Origin: a virus
Taxonomy: Duplodnaviria > Caudoviricetes
Direction: 5' to 3' (one strand)
Length of the DNA stretch: 64,000 bases
Virus record (IMG/VR): IMGVR_UViG_2895374923_000001
Span: 1 to 64,000 of that record
Shown here: in pieces, positions 19,901 to 29,364 of the stretch
Position numbering within the stretch: position 1 is the stretch's first letter
Layout of the letters: each line of letters opens with the position of its first letter
Position numbers and translations under genes: made by a program
Notes under the pieces: model-generated
The model's input: the letters and a program-made list of their open reading frames with translations, nothing else
Told to the model about the DNA's origin: nothing
Database searches by the model: none

Positions 19901-20279
19901 CGACCTCGCGGACGAACCGGCGGGCGTTGGGAGAGAGCTTCTCCAACGCTTCGTCGAGCTTGGCCGCGTCGTCTTCGGCGACCGCGCTCATGGCGTCGCC
20001 GACCCCGATCAAACCGACCTTCAGGGTGGCGCTGGCCGCCTTCGTGGCCAGCAGCACCGCGGGCATCGCACCCACTGCGGCCACCGCGGGCAGGACCGCT
20101 TGGGTGAGCGCCACCGCTCCGCCCGCCGCCGCGGCCAGGCCGACGCCGGTCCGCGCGGTGGACTGCACCTTCTGCATCCGCGCTTCGAGCACGTCGATGT
20201 CGTGCGCGACGGACTTGAACACCTTCGACGCGCGTTCACGCGCGAAGATGGTGAACCCAAGGGCGGTCTGGTTGGCCAC
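16971..20279 (-). CDS. Tape measure protein with C-terminal NlpC/P60 peptidase
   Basis: 1102 aa, Ala/Gly-rich; GKPYIWGGVGPYGYDCSGF...GHM. Confidence 0.92.
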   Translation of the reverse strand: MANQTALGFTIFARERASKVFKSVAHDIDVLEARMQKVQSTARTGVGLAAAAGGAVALTQAVLPAVAAVGAMPAVLLATKAASATLKVGLIGVGDAMSAVAEDDAAKLDEALEKLSPNARRFVREVAGLKRSFDPIQQAVQDKIFAGLANELRPVAVNLLPETRTGMLAVAGAFNTGAREVTAFGKTDLARGTVNRVFAGTSRIMGTVTGAVQPLLRTVSGLVGPSFTLAQRMAGWAVNGAKAADAFVSSERGAAMLQRGAVKAGDTLAQLGRIGGNAIKGLVGMFSQAKSTGDGLLDTLEAGTARFAAWSRSVEGQKQAAEVFGLLKDTAVAVADVLPILLGPLASVVKLINGLPEPLRNGVVQFLAFSVVIGTVTSRLRPLLAVVGTAAAAFRAADGPVSKFRENLSSASGAAGKSRVALGGFAGFLGGPWGLAITAAAAGLLIFSSRNDEAEQHVKNLTDALIANNGALDDASVKSIQSALETQGVYKAAERLGINLQKVTDAALGEKETLAELTAQLQTHATTVNAAGGRVGQFRTAQKQLTGDALLLSNAITGQNQAISDATGRYQRIVAGAPSTSAASKNVADSMSSVGSSAKDAKVQVAGLTAELAKYKNKTGDADLAGIAFRDSLDELTEAFRKNNVKIDERTGKIDINSKAGREATRVLIGSINAAVEHSKKVNDQTNSVDRANKVFATEISRLRGVLVQSGLSRAEIDKLVARYLKLPSQINGATDKIKNRRVMIEVKAGGKLVGFRVNVGGSTGTVLNATGGVMPDILPGYSPGKDNHFFYSPDGRGKIGLSGGEAVMRPEWTRAVGSGYVHTMNAIARHGGASAVAKAMGVGPRWAPRMGGEGVGYASGGIIAKHSISGLSSVQAMAAKANALYGSWASQMGKAVSGAYNKVWLGGPGVQNALTWARAQAGKPYIWGGVGPYGYDCSGFTSAITNVIQGRSPYSRRHTTHSFGTRGGPDGFIRNRQSGFMVGVTDAGVGHMAGTLGGTNVESRGSRGVVVGPAARGASNDLFSRRYGLKFDDGGMLPPEWSMVYNGTGAPEPLANVDKMRGGDLIIQNAHFHGVQDVADFVQKLQRYAKDRGGIALKIRG

Positions 20280-20297
20280 AGCTCACCCCCAGATCAG

Positions 20298-20911
20298 TCA
20301 GCGGAACGGGCGCGGGAAAAGCTCGGGAGGAGCAGGAGGCGGCGCGCTGCCCCGGGTGGCGGACCGGAACAGGTAGTTCGCCTCAGCCAGCAGGTCACGC
20401 GTCTGCGCGAGCAGCTCCATCTGGGTGCTCCACGGGCCGAGGTCGGCGGTGACCGTGGCAGAGTCGCGCGGCAGACGGGACACCAGCACCAGCAGCCGGC
20501 GGACGCTCATCCGGCCGGCCCAGAACTCTTCGAGCTGGTCGGCGTCACGCGGGTAGCGCCACGCCAGGTCCGCCTCGATGTCCTCCTCGTGGGCGACCAG
20601 CAGACGGCACAGCGCGGTCAGATTTTTGGGTCAGCGTCGGAGAGCGCGTCAAACAGCTTGATCTGCAGGTCCGCCCACTCGCCGGCGGAGAACTCGATCT
20701 CGACGAACGCGGCCATCTCCTCCGCCGTGAACATCGAGTCGAGGGCGCCGACGAAGTCGTCTTGGGCGAAGCAGCGGGCGAGCTTGCCCCGCTTGATCCG
20801 CTGGGGGATGACGAAAGTGACCTTCTGCCCGACCTCGCCGGTCCACTCGAACACGCGCCCCTCGTCGGCCTCCCTGACCGGCTTCGGGCTGTTCTCGTTC
20901 CTGGTTGCCAT
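20298..20911 (-). CDS. Tail assembly chaperones G (20618-20911) and G-T via programmed -1 frameshift
   Basis: GAC CCA AAA ATC TGA; slippery CCCAAAA at 20624-20630; the -1 frame is open to 20298. Confidence 0.85.
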
Positions 20912-20982
20912 GGCGTTCTCCTTCGTGCGGTTCTGCGGTTGGTGACGGGGCGGCTGGACCGCAGCAGCCAGCCGCCCCGCGT

Positions 20983-21447
20983 CTAATCGGTGATCTGTTC
21001 CGCCACGCGCTCCATCGCGGCCCGCATCTCCTCGCGGGCTTGGGGCGCGGTCTTGGCGATCGTCGAGCGGAACCACGGATGGCCGGGCTGCTGAACCCAG
21101 CGCTCCCGGTTGCCGTACACGGGGTGGCGCCAGCCTTTGGGTGTGTCGAACCCTCTGGGGAGCATCTCCATCCCGGCGGGCATCCGGGTGACGATCCGCA
21201 CCCGGCGGGCGTCCGCTTGGATGCCGACGCCGCGGGCGATCCGCCGGCGCAGCCCTCGCGAGCGCGGCCCCTTCGCAGGGATGGTGCGGGCGGCGATCTT
21301 GGCGGCATCGCGGCCGGGTCTGGCCGCCTCACGCACGGCCTTGCGCAGCTCCTTCTGCAGGCCCTTCTCTCCGGCCAGGCGGAGACGGCGGTTGACCTCT
21401 TTCCACTCCCGCCCAAACTGGAAGGCGACCTCCCACTGGGAGGGCAT
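20983..21447 (-). CDS. HK97 gp10-like tail completion protein
   Basis: Basic protein, WRHPVYGNR..WV.Q..HPWF. Confidence 0.7.
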   Translation of the reverse strand: MPSQWEVAFQFGREWKEVNRRLRLAGEKGLQKELRKAVREAARPGRDAAKIAARTIPAKGPRSRGLRRRIARGVGIQADARRVRIVTRMPAGMEMLPRGFDTPKGWRHPVYGNRERWVQQPGHPWFRSTIAKTAPQAREEMRAAMERVAEQITD

Positions 21448-21878
21448 CAGGCGTAGGTACCGCGCGTGACCACGCCGTCCACTTGGAACTCCGCGGAGAA
21501 GCTCACCTTGTCGGAGACGCTCGACTCGGCGGTGTAAGAGGTGATCCAGCACTCACCGCTGTACTTGATCTTGCCGGTGGTGGAGCCCTCCGGCCCGTAC
21601 TCGAACGTGGCCGTGGCCGTCTGCCCCGACAGCAGGCCGCCCAGGACGACGTCCGGTCCGGTCGTCGCCGTGGAGTCGAAGTGACCGGAGACCGAGAACG
21701 TCGAGTTGACCAATCCGGGAATGTTCTTCACGCCCTGGTCGCCAAACGCCGTCACCTCCGACAGGTCCCGGCTGCCGGGCAGGCCGGACACGTTGTCGAC
21801 GTACTGGGAGAGAGTCCGCAGCGTGCCACCGGTGTCATCCACCGCGAAGACACTGCCCTTGCCGTGCACGAAAGCCAT
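21447..21878 (-). CDS. Major tail (tube) protein
   Basis: EVTAFGD..KNIPGL..FSVSGHFD..YSGECWITSY..VSFSAEFQVDG. Confidence 0.85.
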   Translation of the reverse strand: MAFVHGKGSVFAVDDTGGTLRTLSQYVDNVSGLPGSRDLSEVTAFGDQGVKNIPGLVNSTFSVSGHFDSTATTGPDVVLGGLLSGQTATATFEYGPEGSTTGKIKYSGECWITSYTAESSVSDKVSFSAEFQVDGVVTRGTYA

Positions 21879-21942
21879 CTCGCCCTCCGGGCATAAGAAG
21901 ACCCGGCGACATGGCCGGGCAGATCGAAGAGGAAGAAGGAGG

Positions 21943-22659
21943 TCAGCGGCGAGCGAACGCCGCCGCGTACGTGAAGGACGGGGTGGTGCCGGAGATCGTG
22001 TGCTGCTCGCGCACGTACCGGTTGACCGTGCCGGTGACCGTCTTGCGCTCGGACGTCGCGGCTGTGGCGGCCGTGAACGTGATCAGGTCCACGAACGACA
22101 CGTTGTCGGCGCTGTGCTGCACCTTCACCGTCAGCGACGGGGTGGTGCCCGTGACGGCGGTGACGTGCAGGGCCGCGACCCCGCCGTTGGTCGACGACGC
22201 GCCGTTGTCCACCGACGTGCTGTTGCCGGTCGTCGTCTCCGCAGTGTGGGCGTGGATGACCCGGCCGTGGTCGACGCCGTCGTCCGGGGTGGACTCGATG
22301 GTCAGGGAGACGGTCTCCGACACCGACGACTCGATGCTGTAGGACGACAGGTTCGAGGTGGTGATGAACGCCGGCTTGCCGATCGTGAAGCCGTCCGGGA
22401 GCACGCTGGCCAGCAGCCCGTTCTGGACGCCGTCGGTGGCTCGGATCATCTCGTCGATGTCGCCAGCCGCGCCGTCGAACAGGCCGTTGAGGCTGATGCT
22501 GCCGGAGCGCAGGCCGGGCAGGAACCGCGCCCCGATGTCCAGCAGGGTGGTGGTCTCGCCGAGGCCGCGTTCACCGCTCACCGTCCATCCGGTGATCCGC
22601 CCCGACAGGTGGGTGCTATTCACCATCACCCGGCTGTTCTTGCTGTGTGCGAACGCCAT
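21943..22659 (-). CDS. Second tail-tube-like protein with C-terminal extension
   Basis: MAFAHSK..ETTTLLD..RFLPGL..ISLNGLFD parallels 21447-21878. Confidence 0.7.
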   Translation of the reverse strand: MAFAHSKNSRVMVNSTHLSGRITGWTVSGERGLGETTTLLDIGARFLPGLRSGSISLNGLFDGAAGDIDEMIRATDGVQNGLLASVLPDGFTIGKPAFITTSNLSSYSIESSVSETVSLTIESTPDDGVDHGRVIHAHTAETTTGNSTSVDNGASSTNGGVAALHVTAVTGTTPSLTVKVQHSADNVSFVDLITFTAATAATSERKTVTGTVNRYVREQHTISGTTPSFTYAAAFARR

Positions 22660-22810
22660 CGCCTCTCACCTCCTCCACCGCTCCCTGCTCGATCAGCCAG
22701 CCCACGCTTTCTCTGGGCAGATCGCTGACCACGTCGCCCGGCTCGGCTCGCTTCAGCCCGCCCTTGCCGGGATAGTCCAGGCCGCACAGGACCCGGTAGT
22801 TCTTGGCCAT
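22616..22810 (-). CDS. Small virion-associated hypothetical protein
   Basis: MAKNYRVLCGLDYP..EPGDVVSDLP..WLIEQGAVEEV. Confidence 0.6.
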   Translation of the reverse strand: MAKNYRVLCGLDYPGKGGLKRAEPGDVVSDLPRESVGWLIEQGAVEEVRGDGVRTQQEQPGDGE

Positions 22811-22818
22811 CCGCCCTC

Positions 22819-23247
22819 CTACGCGGTGATCTCGATGCCGAAGTCCACGCCGACGTAACGGGTTCCGCCGCTGCCGCCCCACTCGGTCGGGCCGTAGTTT
22901 CGGGCCTCGCGGACCCGGACGAAATCGGCTGTGCCACCGAGCGACGCGTCGGTCTCCAGGACTTGCTTGATGGAGCGTGAACCTGATCCCTCCAGGTAGG
23001 CGTCCAGCTCCACCTGTGAGGAGGTGTCGTCGCTCGCCTGCACGTACACCGACACCGTGAACAGGAACTCGTCGCTACCTCGCGCCATGGTCGAGTCGAA
23101 GCGGACACAGGGTTCGCCCTCGAAGCCGGGCATGATGACGGCGGCCGGCGGGTGGATGTTGTCCGGCACCTGCGTGTGCACGGTCAGGACAGGGATCGTC
23201 TTCAACCGCGTGGCCAGCGCCGCGCGAATGGCGCTCAAGCTGGCCAT
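22819..23247 (-). CDS. Tail terminator protein
   Basis: Position in the operon; IRAALATRL..PPAAVI..DASLGG. Confidence 0.75.
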   Translation of the reverse strand: MASLSAIRAALATRLKTIPVLTVHTQVPDNIHPPAAVIMPGFEGEPCVRFDSTMARGSDEFLFTVSVYVQASDDTSSQVELDAYLEGSGSRSIKQVLETDASLGGTADFVRVREARNYGPTEWGGSGGTRYVGVDFGIEITA

Positions 23248-23837
23248 CAGGCGAACCCGGGAAGCATGAACGGCTCGATCAGGGCCCGCACGTCAGGGTC
23301 GAGGTGAGGCACGCGCATCAACCCCCAGTCGGCCGAACCTGCGACGCCTTCCGGCGTGTCCTTGCGCTTGTACAGGCGGCTCGCCTGTAGCAGAGTCGCC
23401 TGCTCGATCTCGTCGGGGACGGCCGGCCAGCCCCACCGGGCGGTGACCCGCACCCGGCTGGTTCGCGTGCCCCAGGTGCCGGTGGCCAGCAGCAGCCCGG
23501 TCACCGGGCGGCCGTCGAGCAGCGCGTTGTCCGGCGTCGTCTCGTAGCCCGTTACGGCCGACCAGGAGCCGCCGCTTCCGGTCTCGATCACCAGGCCGGA
23601 CGCGCTCCCGATGTCGTCCACAAGCAGCAGCTCGCCGCGCTCGTCCCGGACGACCCGCCCGTACGGGTTGAACGTCCGCTGAACCACGCTGCCGTCCAGC
23701 CAGAAGCGGCGGCCCGTCTTCTTGTCGATCGCCCTCGATGCCGCCGCGATGGCGTTGAACAGAACGTTGTCGCGGGCGTTGTCGGTGATGGCGAGGTACT
23801 CCTTGAGGTCGGCCAGGGTCGCGTACTCGTTGGCCAT
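23247..23837 (-). CDS. Head-tail connector (gp6/gp15-like)
   Basis: YATLADLKEYL..ASRAID...WGWPAVPDEIEQA. Confidence 0.85.
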   Translation of the reverse strand: MANEYATLADLKEYLAITDNARDNVLFNAIAAASRAIDKKTGRRFWLDGSVVQRTFNPYGRVVRDERGELLLVDDIGSASGLVIETGSGGSWSAVTGYETTPDNALLDGRPVTGLLLATGTWGTRTSRVRVTARWGWPAVPDEIEQATLLQASRLYKRKDTPEGVAGSADWGLMRVPHLDPDVRALIEPFMLPGFA

Positions 23838-23843
23838 GGCCGC

Positions 23844-24032
23844 CTACGTGGTGTCCTTGCGAGGCGCCCGACGACTCTTCGGTGCCTCGGTACGGGCCTG
23901 GTCTCCCGGAGTGGTCTCGTGGCCGCGCAGCCTGAGTTGCTCGTCCACTTGTGCCACCCGCTCGTCCATACCGCGCTGCACGTAGCCTTCCCGCTCCCGC
24001 AGCAGGGCGGCGATCATCGCATCATCTGTCAT
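23844..24032 (-). CDS. Small hypothetical protein after the capsid gene
   Basis: MTDDAMIAALLREREGY..VDEQL. Confidence 0.6.
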   Translation of the reverse strand: MTDDAMIAALLREREGYVQRGMDERVAQVDEQLRLRGHETTPGDQARTEAPKSRRAPRKDTT

Positions 24033-24090
24033 CGTCACTCCTGGAAAGGGCGCTGGGGCCCGCCGCACCGCAGGCCCCAGCAGTCGAGGA

Positions 24091-25491
24091 CTAGGCGAAC
24101 GTCGGGGTCACCAGGCCGGTCCCGGAGACCTTCCGGGAGTGCGCGTACCGGGTGAACGTGTACGCGATGTAGCCGTAGACCACGAGCAGCACGCCGAGGT
24201 TGGCGGCCTTGGGCTGCTCGGCCCGGATGAACATGGGCGCGCTGGAGTCCTCCCACAGGTGGCATTCCAGGCGGTCCACCAGGTAAATCTCGTCTTCATT
24301 TGTGCCCGCGCCGAGGTTGGTCGCGACGTTGTTATCGACGATCACGGGTGTCCCGTTGGGGAGTACACCGCGCACGCCCCGGCCGTAGGTCTCCCCGAAG
24401 TTCGCGCCGAGGGTCTGGACGACGATGCCCGGCTGAGTGATCATCGGCCACGTGCTGCCCATGGCTGCCTGCAGCCAGTACCAGCGGCGCGAGTGCATGA
24501 TCGCGATGTTGTCGCCGGACGCCTGGTCGAGCATCGCGGCTTCCACCTCGGAAAGACCCTGGATGATCTTCGGGTATGCCTCAGCGGCGGTCGGGCTCGC
24601 GTCGGTGTAGGTCACCGCCGTGGCCGCAGCCGACAGGCCGGTGGTGGCCTGGTTCAGCAGAGTGGAGTCCAGCGTGGTCGCGTACCGGCGGAACAGGTCA
24701 TCCAGGACAACCGCCTCAATACCCGTGCCACGCTCGATCGACTGCCGAGACAGGGTCTGCTGACCAGCGATGGTCTGCACGCTGATCGTCAGCAGCGTGT
24801 CGTCCATGTTCGTCTCGGACACGGCGTCGTTCTCGTTGGCCTGCAGCGCCGTGGACGATCCCGTGGTAATCCGGGAGATGTTCACCGTCATGCCGTCCGG
24901 CGGGAGCTGGTGGCCACGGCAGGCGTCGGCAAACGGCCGCATCGCCTGCGCCGCCGGCGCGTACATATCCGTGAGGTACTGCGGCACGACCAGGCCGGAG
25001 AAGGCACCGGTGCCGACCGCGCGCTGCTGCTGGCCTCGGTCGAGCTGGTCGCCGCGCTCCACCCGCTCCTCACGCATGTGCTGCGCCAGGCGGGCCTGCG
25101 CCTCGTAGTCGCCGAGGAATGCGGCAGCGACATCCCGCTCGAAGCCCTGGCCGCGCGGGTCCAAGTCGCGCCGATAGGTACGCTCCTCCATGCTGATGCG
25201 GGCGGACCGCTCGATCCCACCAGCGCGCACGCCCGTGGGCTGGATGCGCTGGGACAGGGCGGCGATCTCCTCCTCGCGGGCCTGCTCGGCGAGCAGCTCG
25301 TCCAGGACCGCCTGACGACGGGTCACCTCGGCGTCGGCTGCGTCCCGGGCGGTGACTCGCTCGGTCACGGCCTCCTCGGTCAGGTTCGGGTCCTCCCGCA
25401 GCGCGATCAGGGCGTCCTGCTCCTGGCGCCGGTTGTTGATCGCGGCGGTGAGCGCTTCTCGCGCCTGCGCGATCAGGTTGTCGAGCGTCAT
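24091..25491 (-). CDS. HK97-family major capsid protein
   Basis: N-terminal coiled-coil delta domain, GLVVPQY; follows the protease. Confidence 0.92.
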   Translation of the reverse strand: MTLDNLIAQAREALTAAINNRRQEQDALIALREDPNLTEEAVTERVTARDAADAEVTRRQAVLDELLAEQAREEEIAALSQRIQPTGVRAGGIERSARISMEERTYRRDLDPRGQGFERDVAAAFLGDYEAQARLAQHMREERVERGDQLDRGQQQRAVGTGAFSGLVVPQYLTDMYAPAAQAMRPFADACRGHQLPPDGMTVNISRITTGSSTALQANENDAVSETNMDDTLLTISVQTIAGQQTLSRQSIERGTGIEAVVLDDLFRRYATTLDSTLLNQATTGLSAAATAVTYTDASPTAAEAYPKIIQGLSEVEAAMLDQASGDNIAIMHSRRWYWLQAAMGSTWPMITQPGIVVQTLGANFGETYGRGVRGVLPNGTPVIVDNNVATNLGAGTNEDEIYLVDRLECHLWEDSSAPMFIRAEQPKAANLGVLLVVYGYIAYTFTRYAHSRKVSGTGLVTPTFA

Positions 25492-25674
25492 GGCTCGTCA
25501 CTCCTTGCTTGTGATGGAATCCAGACGCCCCGGTCCAGGTCAGACGGCCATCCGAGGCGGTTGCGCCGGATGGGCTCGTGCGCGTGAGCGCAGGGCAATG
25601 CACCCGCCAGAGGGCGGGAAGCTCAAGGGGGTACTCACTAGTGAGGGGGGTACACGCTGTCGTGTATCCGGAGA

Positions 25675-26334
25675 TCAGCGGGCGAGCGCGAGTTCCAGCA
25701 GCGCACGAGCCCGGCTGGACGTCGCGGGCTTCTCCCGCAGCGCCGCCTCCGTCGCCGGGTTGGCGCCGTAGCCGACGATCGCCACGTCGCCCCGGTGGAT
25801 GTCGTAGCGGGTGATCCGGTACTCGGTGTAGTCCGGCGACCATTGGCCGGCGTCGATACGGAAGGCGAAGCTCATCTCGTCAATGAGTCCGGCGCGCAGC
25901 TTGGGGACGATGTACGCCACGTCGTAGTCGGCGGGGTCGAGGGACGGCGCTCGGACAGAAAGGCCGCTATCGTCCTCCACCAGCTCAAGCGTGCCCGTAG
26001 TGGTGCGGGCCAGGCGGCGGAGCTGGTCGTGGCCGAGGACGAGCGGCACGTCGAGGTCGGCGCGAGCGAGCGAGTCGGCGCCGGCCCCGGCGGACACGAT
26101 CTCGGTGTACGGCCCCCACATGTCCCACATCTCATATCCGCGCTCGTAGATGGTGGCGCGGCCGAGGAACTCCAGTGAACCGCCGTCGCCCTGCTCGCGC
26201 AGGTCGATCGCGGCGGGCACCCGGGCGAGCGCGCGGGAGCCGGCATGCTCGCCGCTGCGCCGCTGTGACGGCCGGTCGCTGCGTTGCCGTACGTGCTGGG
26301 CGCGCTCGGCGGCGGCAGCAGCTCGATCATTCAT
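25675..26334 (-). CDS. HK97-family prohead protease
   Basis: LVLGHD, LARTTTGTLEL, EMSFAF, DVAIVGYGANP. Confidence 0.9.
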   Translation of the reverse strand: MNDRAAAAAERAQHVRQRSDRPSQRRSGEHAGSRALARVPAAIDLREQGDGGSLEFLGRATIYERGYEMWDMWGPYTEIVSAGAGADSLARADLDVPLVLGHDQLRRLARTTTGTLELVEDDSGLSVRAPSLDPADYDVAYIVPKLRAGLIDEMSFAFRIDAGQWSPDYTEYRITRYDIHRGDVAIVGYGANPATEAALREKPATSSRARALLELALAR

Positions 26335-27563
26335 GAGGTCGGTCCTCCTGCCGAGGCGGTGACGGGTTGCGTGCGCGGGCTGCCGAACAACGTCTCGAAC
26401 TCCGCGAGCTGCTCAGGCGTAAACGGCGGCAGGTCCTCCAGCGCGCGGGCCTCGGAAGGCGCCAGCGTGCGCGAGGTGATCCTGGTCATGATGGTGCGGG
26501 CGCGGGCCTCGGGGTCCATGGCCAGCAGGGCGCTGCGGTTCAGCTTCACGTACCTGGGACGTGGCACCAGGCGGCGGGACAGAGCATCCTCTCGACGGGA
26601 AACAGCGGGCCCCAGATGGAAGATCAAGAATTGCAAGTTGCGCTGCGTGATCGAGGCGTAGGTGACCGAGCCTGTCGAGACGGCGGCGTCGATGAGGTCC
26701 GCCGGGCAGCCGAAGAAGCGGGAGATGTCCGTCAGCCCGAACTCGCGTGACTCGATGAAGGCCGACTGCTGCGCAACCGCCTGAATCGGCCTGTACTCCC
26801 AGTCGTTGCCGTGCACGAACAGGTCGCCGTCCGCGACGGACGCCCGGAAGTGCTCCTTGGCGACCTTGGCCTCGGCCTTGTTGATGGTCTTCGCCTTGTT
26901 CACCAGCTCGGCCAGCGGAATGGCTCCGCCGGCGAACCAGTCACGGGCGAACTGCTGGGCGTTCAGCGACTCCTCGATACCCCACGCCGCGTAGGCGACC
27001 GGAGACAGGCCCAACGGCATCCCGGCCACGGTGAACTGCCGCTCGTGCCATACCTCGTGCGGCTCGTACTCGGCGCCGGCGATGACGTACTTCGTGATCT
27101 CGGCGCCGGTCGCGCGCACGGTGACGTCCGACAGCGCGACGAGGTCGATGCGTGCGGGAAGGCCGCGTCCGTCCGGGCCGAGCACGCCCGATCGCTCGGT
27201 GATCAGCCCGAAGCAGTTGCCCGCCCGGTCCAGGTCGAACTGAGTGGAGTAGAGCCACTCCATCATTCCGACCTGTTGACCTCCCGGGTCCACCAGGACG
27301 GGAGGCTTGGCCACCTCGATCTGGACGCCGTTCACCCGCCGGTAGACGTCCACCGGCATGACGGACACGAGATCGGCCCGCACCCGCAGGCAAGCCCACA
27401 CGGCGCTTTGCCGCAGCGCGCTTTCATTGGTGACCAGGACGCCGCCCGTGCCCGTACGCCGATCGCGCGCCATCGCGAGCAGTTCCTCAGGGGTGGTGAT
27501 CTCGGCGTGGCGAGACTCCCCCGGGGAGGACAGCCAGCCCCGCACCGTCGACAAGATGCCCAT
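26331..27563 (-). CDS. HK97-family portal protein
   Basis: AVWACLRVRADLVS, GLSPV, ISRFFGCP. Confidence 0.92.
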   Translation of the reverse strand: MGILSTVRGWLSSPGESRHAEITTPEELLAMARDRRTGTGGVLVTNESALRQSAVWACLRVRADLVSVMPVDVYRRVNGVQIEVAKPPVLVDPGGQQVGMMEWLYSTQFDLDRAGNCFGLITERSGVLGPDGRGLPARIDLVALSDVTVRATGAEITKYVIAGAEYEPHEVWHERQFTVAGMPLGLSPVAYAAWGIEESLNAQQFARDWFAGGAIPLAELVNKAKTINKAEAKVAKEHFRASVADGDLFVHGNDWEYRPIQAVAQQSAFIESREFGLTDISRFFGCPADLIDAAVSTGSVTYASITQRNLQFLIFHLGPAVSRREDALSRRLVPRPRYVKLNRSALLAMDPEARARTIMTRITSRTLAPSEARALEDLPPFTPEQLAEFETLFGSPRTQPVTASAGGPTS

Positions 27564-27573
27564 GACCCTCCCC

Positions 27574-29073
27574 TCAGCCGAACGAGTCCGCGACGTCGTA
27601 GTCCTCTTCAAGCAGGTGCATGCGCATCTCGTACGCCCAGCGCGCGATCGTGACCGACACCACCGGGCTGATGTCCGTGGACGACACCCGCCGCCCCCAC
27701 GCCCACGCCTCACCCAGAGGCCGCGTCTTCACCCCGCGCACAGCGGAGTCGAGGACCTCCTGGCCAATGTGCCGAAGCGTGCCCTGCCGTACCGCATCAG
27801 CGAACTGGCCACAGGCCGCCCCCACCTCCTGCACGCTCGGGATCGCCAGATCCCCGCGTCTCGGGTGCTCGGCATCCTCGGGCGAGGTGATGCCCGCCTT
27901 CTCCAAGGGGACCAGCAATGAGCCGGCCGGGCCCTTCACATCCAGGCCGATCGCGACCGGATCCCAGCGCTCCCTCAGCGCCACCAGCCGATCCACCACC
28001 CAGTCCGTTCCCGGCCGATGGTCGGCGACCTCCACATGACCGAGCCCATCACTGCGCAGCCCATACACGGAGATGCAGGACGAGTCCCGCGACGGGGTGA
28101 CATCCACGGCGAACGCCACATCACCCTGCCGGCGCGACTCCGGGTCGGTCAGCTTCAGCCACGCCTCGACACTCAACTCGCTCGCGCCGTCGCTGGCCCG
28201 TGGCAGCCACGCGCCCAGCCGCTCGACGGAGAACTTGTCGCCGAGACCGGACGGCTTGGCCTCGTCCTCGACGAACTCCTCGGTGATCCGGATGCCCAAG
28301 CTTGGGTTGCACGCGTACCACAAGTCGCGGTCCCGGGCAGCTCGCCGCCGGTCGGCCTCGTTCGTGACATCCAGGTCGGCGCCCCAGTCGAAGTGCGCGA
28401 TACGGTCAGCGCCCGCTTCGCCATCCGCGCGCAGGCCGTACGCCCACGCCGCCGGGTCATCAGGTGGGGTGCCGAAGAACCACTCCTGCGGGTTCGGCTG
28501 AGCCGACAGGGTCGGCAGCATGGCCGCCCGTTGTTGGGCGGTCAGCTCTTGCGCCTCGTCGAGCACGTTCTTGCCGCCCGAGAAGCCGCGACCCGACGTC
28601 CGGCTGCGGGCCACGAACCTCAACCGTGCGCCGCCGGCCGACTTCGTCAGCTCGATGCCCTGCTCTCCATTCGCCTGCCAGTAGCGGTTGACGCGCCGGT
28701 CCAGGTCCGGGGTCTGCTCGCACAGGCCCTTGATCCGCAGGTAAGCCTCTTGGGCAGTTTTGTACTCGTGCGCGCTGTGCAGGATCAGCTTCTCGCCGAG
28801 CAGGAACAGCCAGCCGAGTTCCAGCGCCTCGATGATGCCGCCCTTGCCGTTCTGCCTGGGCACCCAGCACGAACACTTCGTGGCCGCCCACCGCCCGTCA
28901 GGGCGTTCGCCCAGGCCATGCGTCAGCACGAACTGCTGCCAAGGATCGAGCACCAGCCCCGCGGACTCGGCCAGGTCGATGAACTCCGGAGCCGCACTCA
29001 CGGCGTAGCCAGGCCACCTACCCACCCGCGGCGTTTGCGCGCCGATCCGCACGTCTGGAAGCAAGCTCGTCAA
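27574..29073 (-). CDS. terL: Terminase large subunit
   Basis: LDPWQ, PRQNGKG, LDEAQ, NPSLG, AVDV. Confidence 0.93.
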   Translation of the reverse strand: MTSLLPDVRIGAQTPRVGRWPGYAVSAAPEFIDLAESAGLVLDPWQQFVLTHGLGERPDGRWAATKCSCWVPRQNGKGGIIEALELGWLFLLGEKLILHSAHEYKTAQEAYLRIKGLCEQTPDLDRRVNRYWQANGEQGIELTKSAGGARLRFVARSRTSGRGFSGGKNVLDEAQELTAQQRAAMLPTLSAQPNPQEWFFGTPPDDPAAWAYGLRADGEAGADRIAHFDWGADLDVTNEADRRRAARDRDLWYACNPSLGIRITEEFVEDEAKPSGLGDKFSVERLGAWLPRASDGASELSVEAWLKLTDPESRRQGDVAFAVDVTPSRDSSCISVYGLRSDGLGHVEVADHRPGTDWVVDRLVALRERWDPVAIGLDVKGPAGSLLVPLEKAGITSPEDAEHPRRGDLAIPSVQEVGAACGQFADAVRQGTLRHIGQEVLDSAVRGVKTRPLGEAWAWGRRVSSTDISPVVSVTIARWAYEMRMHLLEEDYDVADSFG

Positions 29074-29263
29074 GGCGACTCACCTCCTTGCCGCCGGGCA
29101 GGCTCTCCAACTCCGCGATGGTCGAGCGCAGCTCTTTCGCGAGGGCGGCTGTGTCGCGGCCGGACGCATCGCGCAGCTCGGCGGCGAGCTTGTCCCGGAT
29201 GGCTTCCAGCGAGGCCCGGCGGTCGCCGCTCAGCACGGCCGAGGCAAGATCAAGCTCACTCAT
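29018..29263 (-). CDS. terS: Terminase small subunit
   Basis: Overlaps the terL start; ends LDELASRRADRR. Confidence 0.75.
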   Translation of the reverse strand: MSELDLASAVLSGDRRASLEAIRDKLAAELRDASGRDTAALAKELRSTIAELESLPGGKEVSRLDELASRRADRRANAAGG

Positions 29264-29269
29264 GATCAC

Positions 29270-29364
29270 CGCCTAGGGTTTCGCGGGGAGAGAAAAACGG
29301 ACGCCTAGTCGCGGGGTCATCCAGACCCTTGGTCAAAAGTCCCTGACCTGCGGAAACGCGGAAG
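29270..29364 (-). other. Putative cos region of element 1
   Basis: Lies between HNH and terS; minus strand GACCCCGC...TTTCTCTCCCC, also present at 62604-62631. Confidence 0.55.

Noticed and set aside
24139-29265. Long plus-strand ORFs opposite the head genes, and similar antisense ORFs throughout
   Set aside because: Shadow ORFs typical of high-GC DNA, lying antisense to well-supported genes
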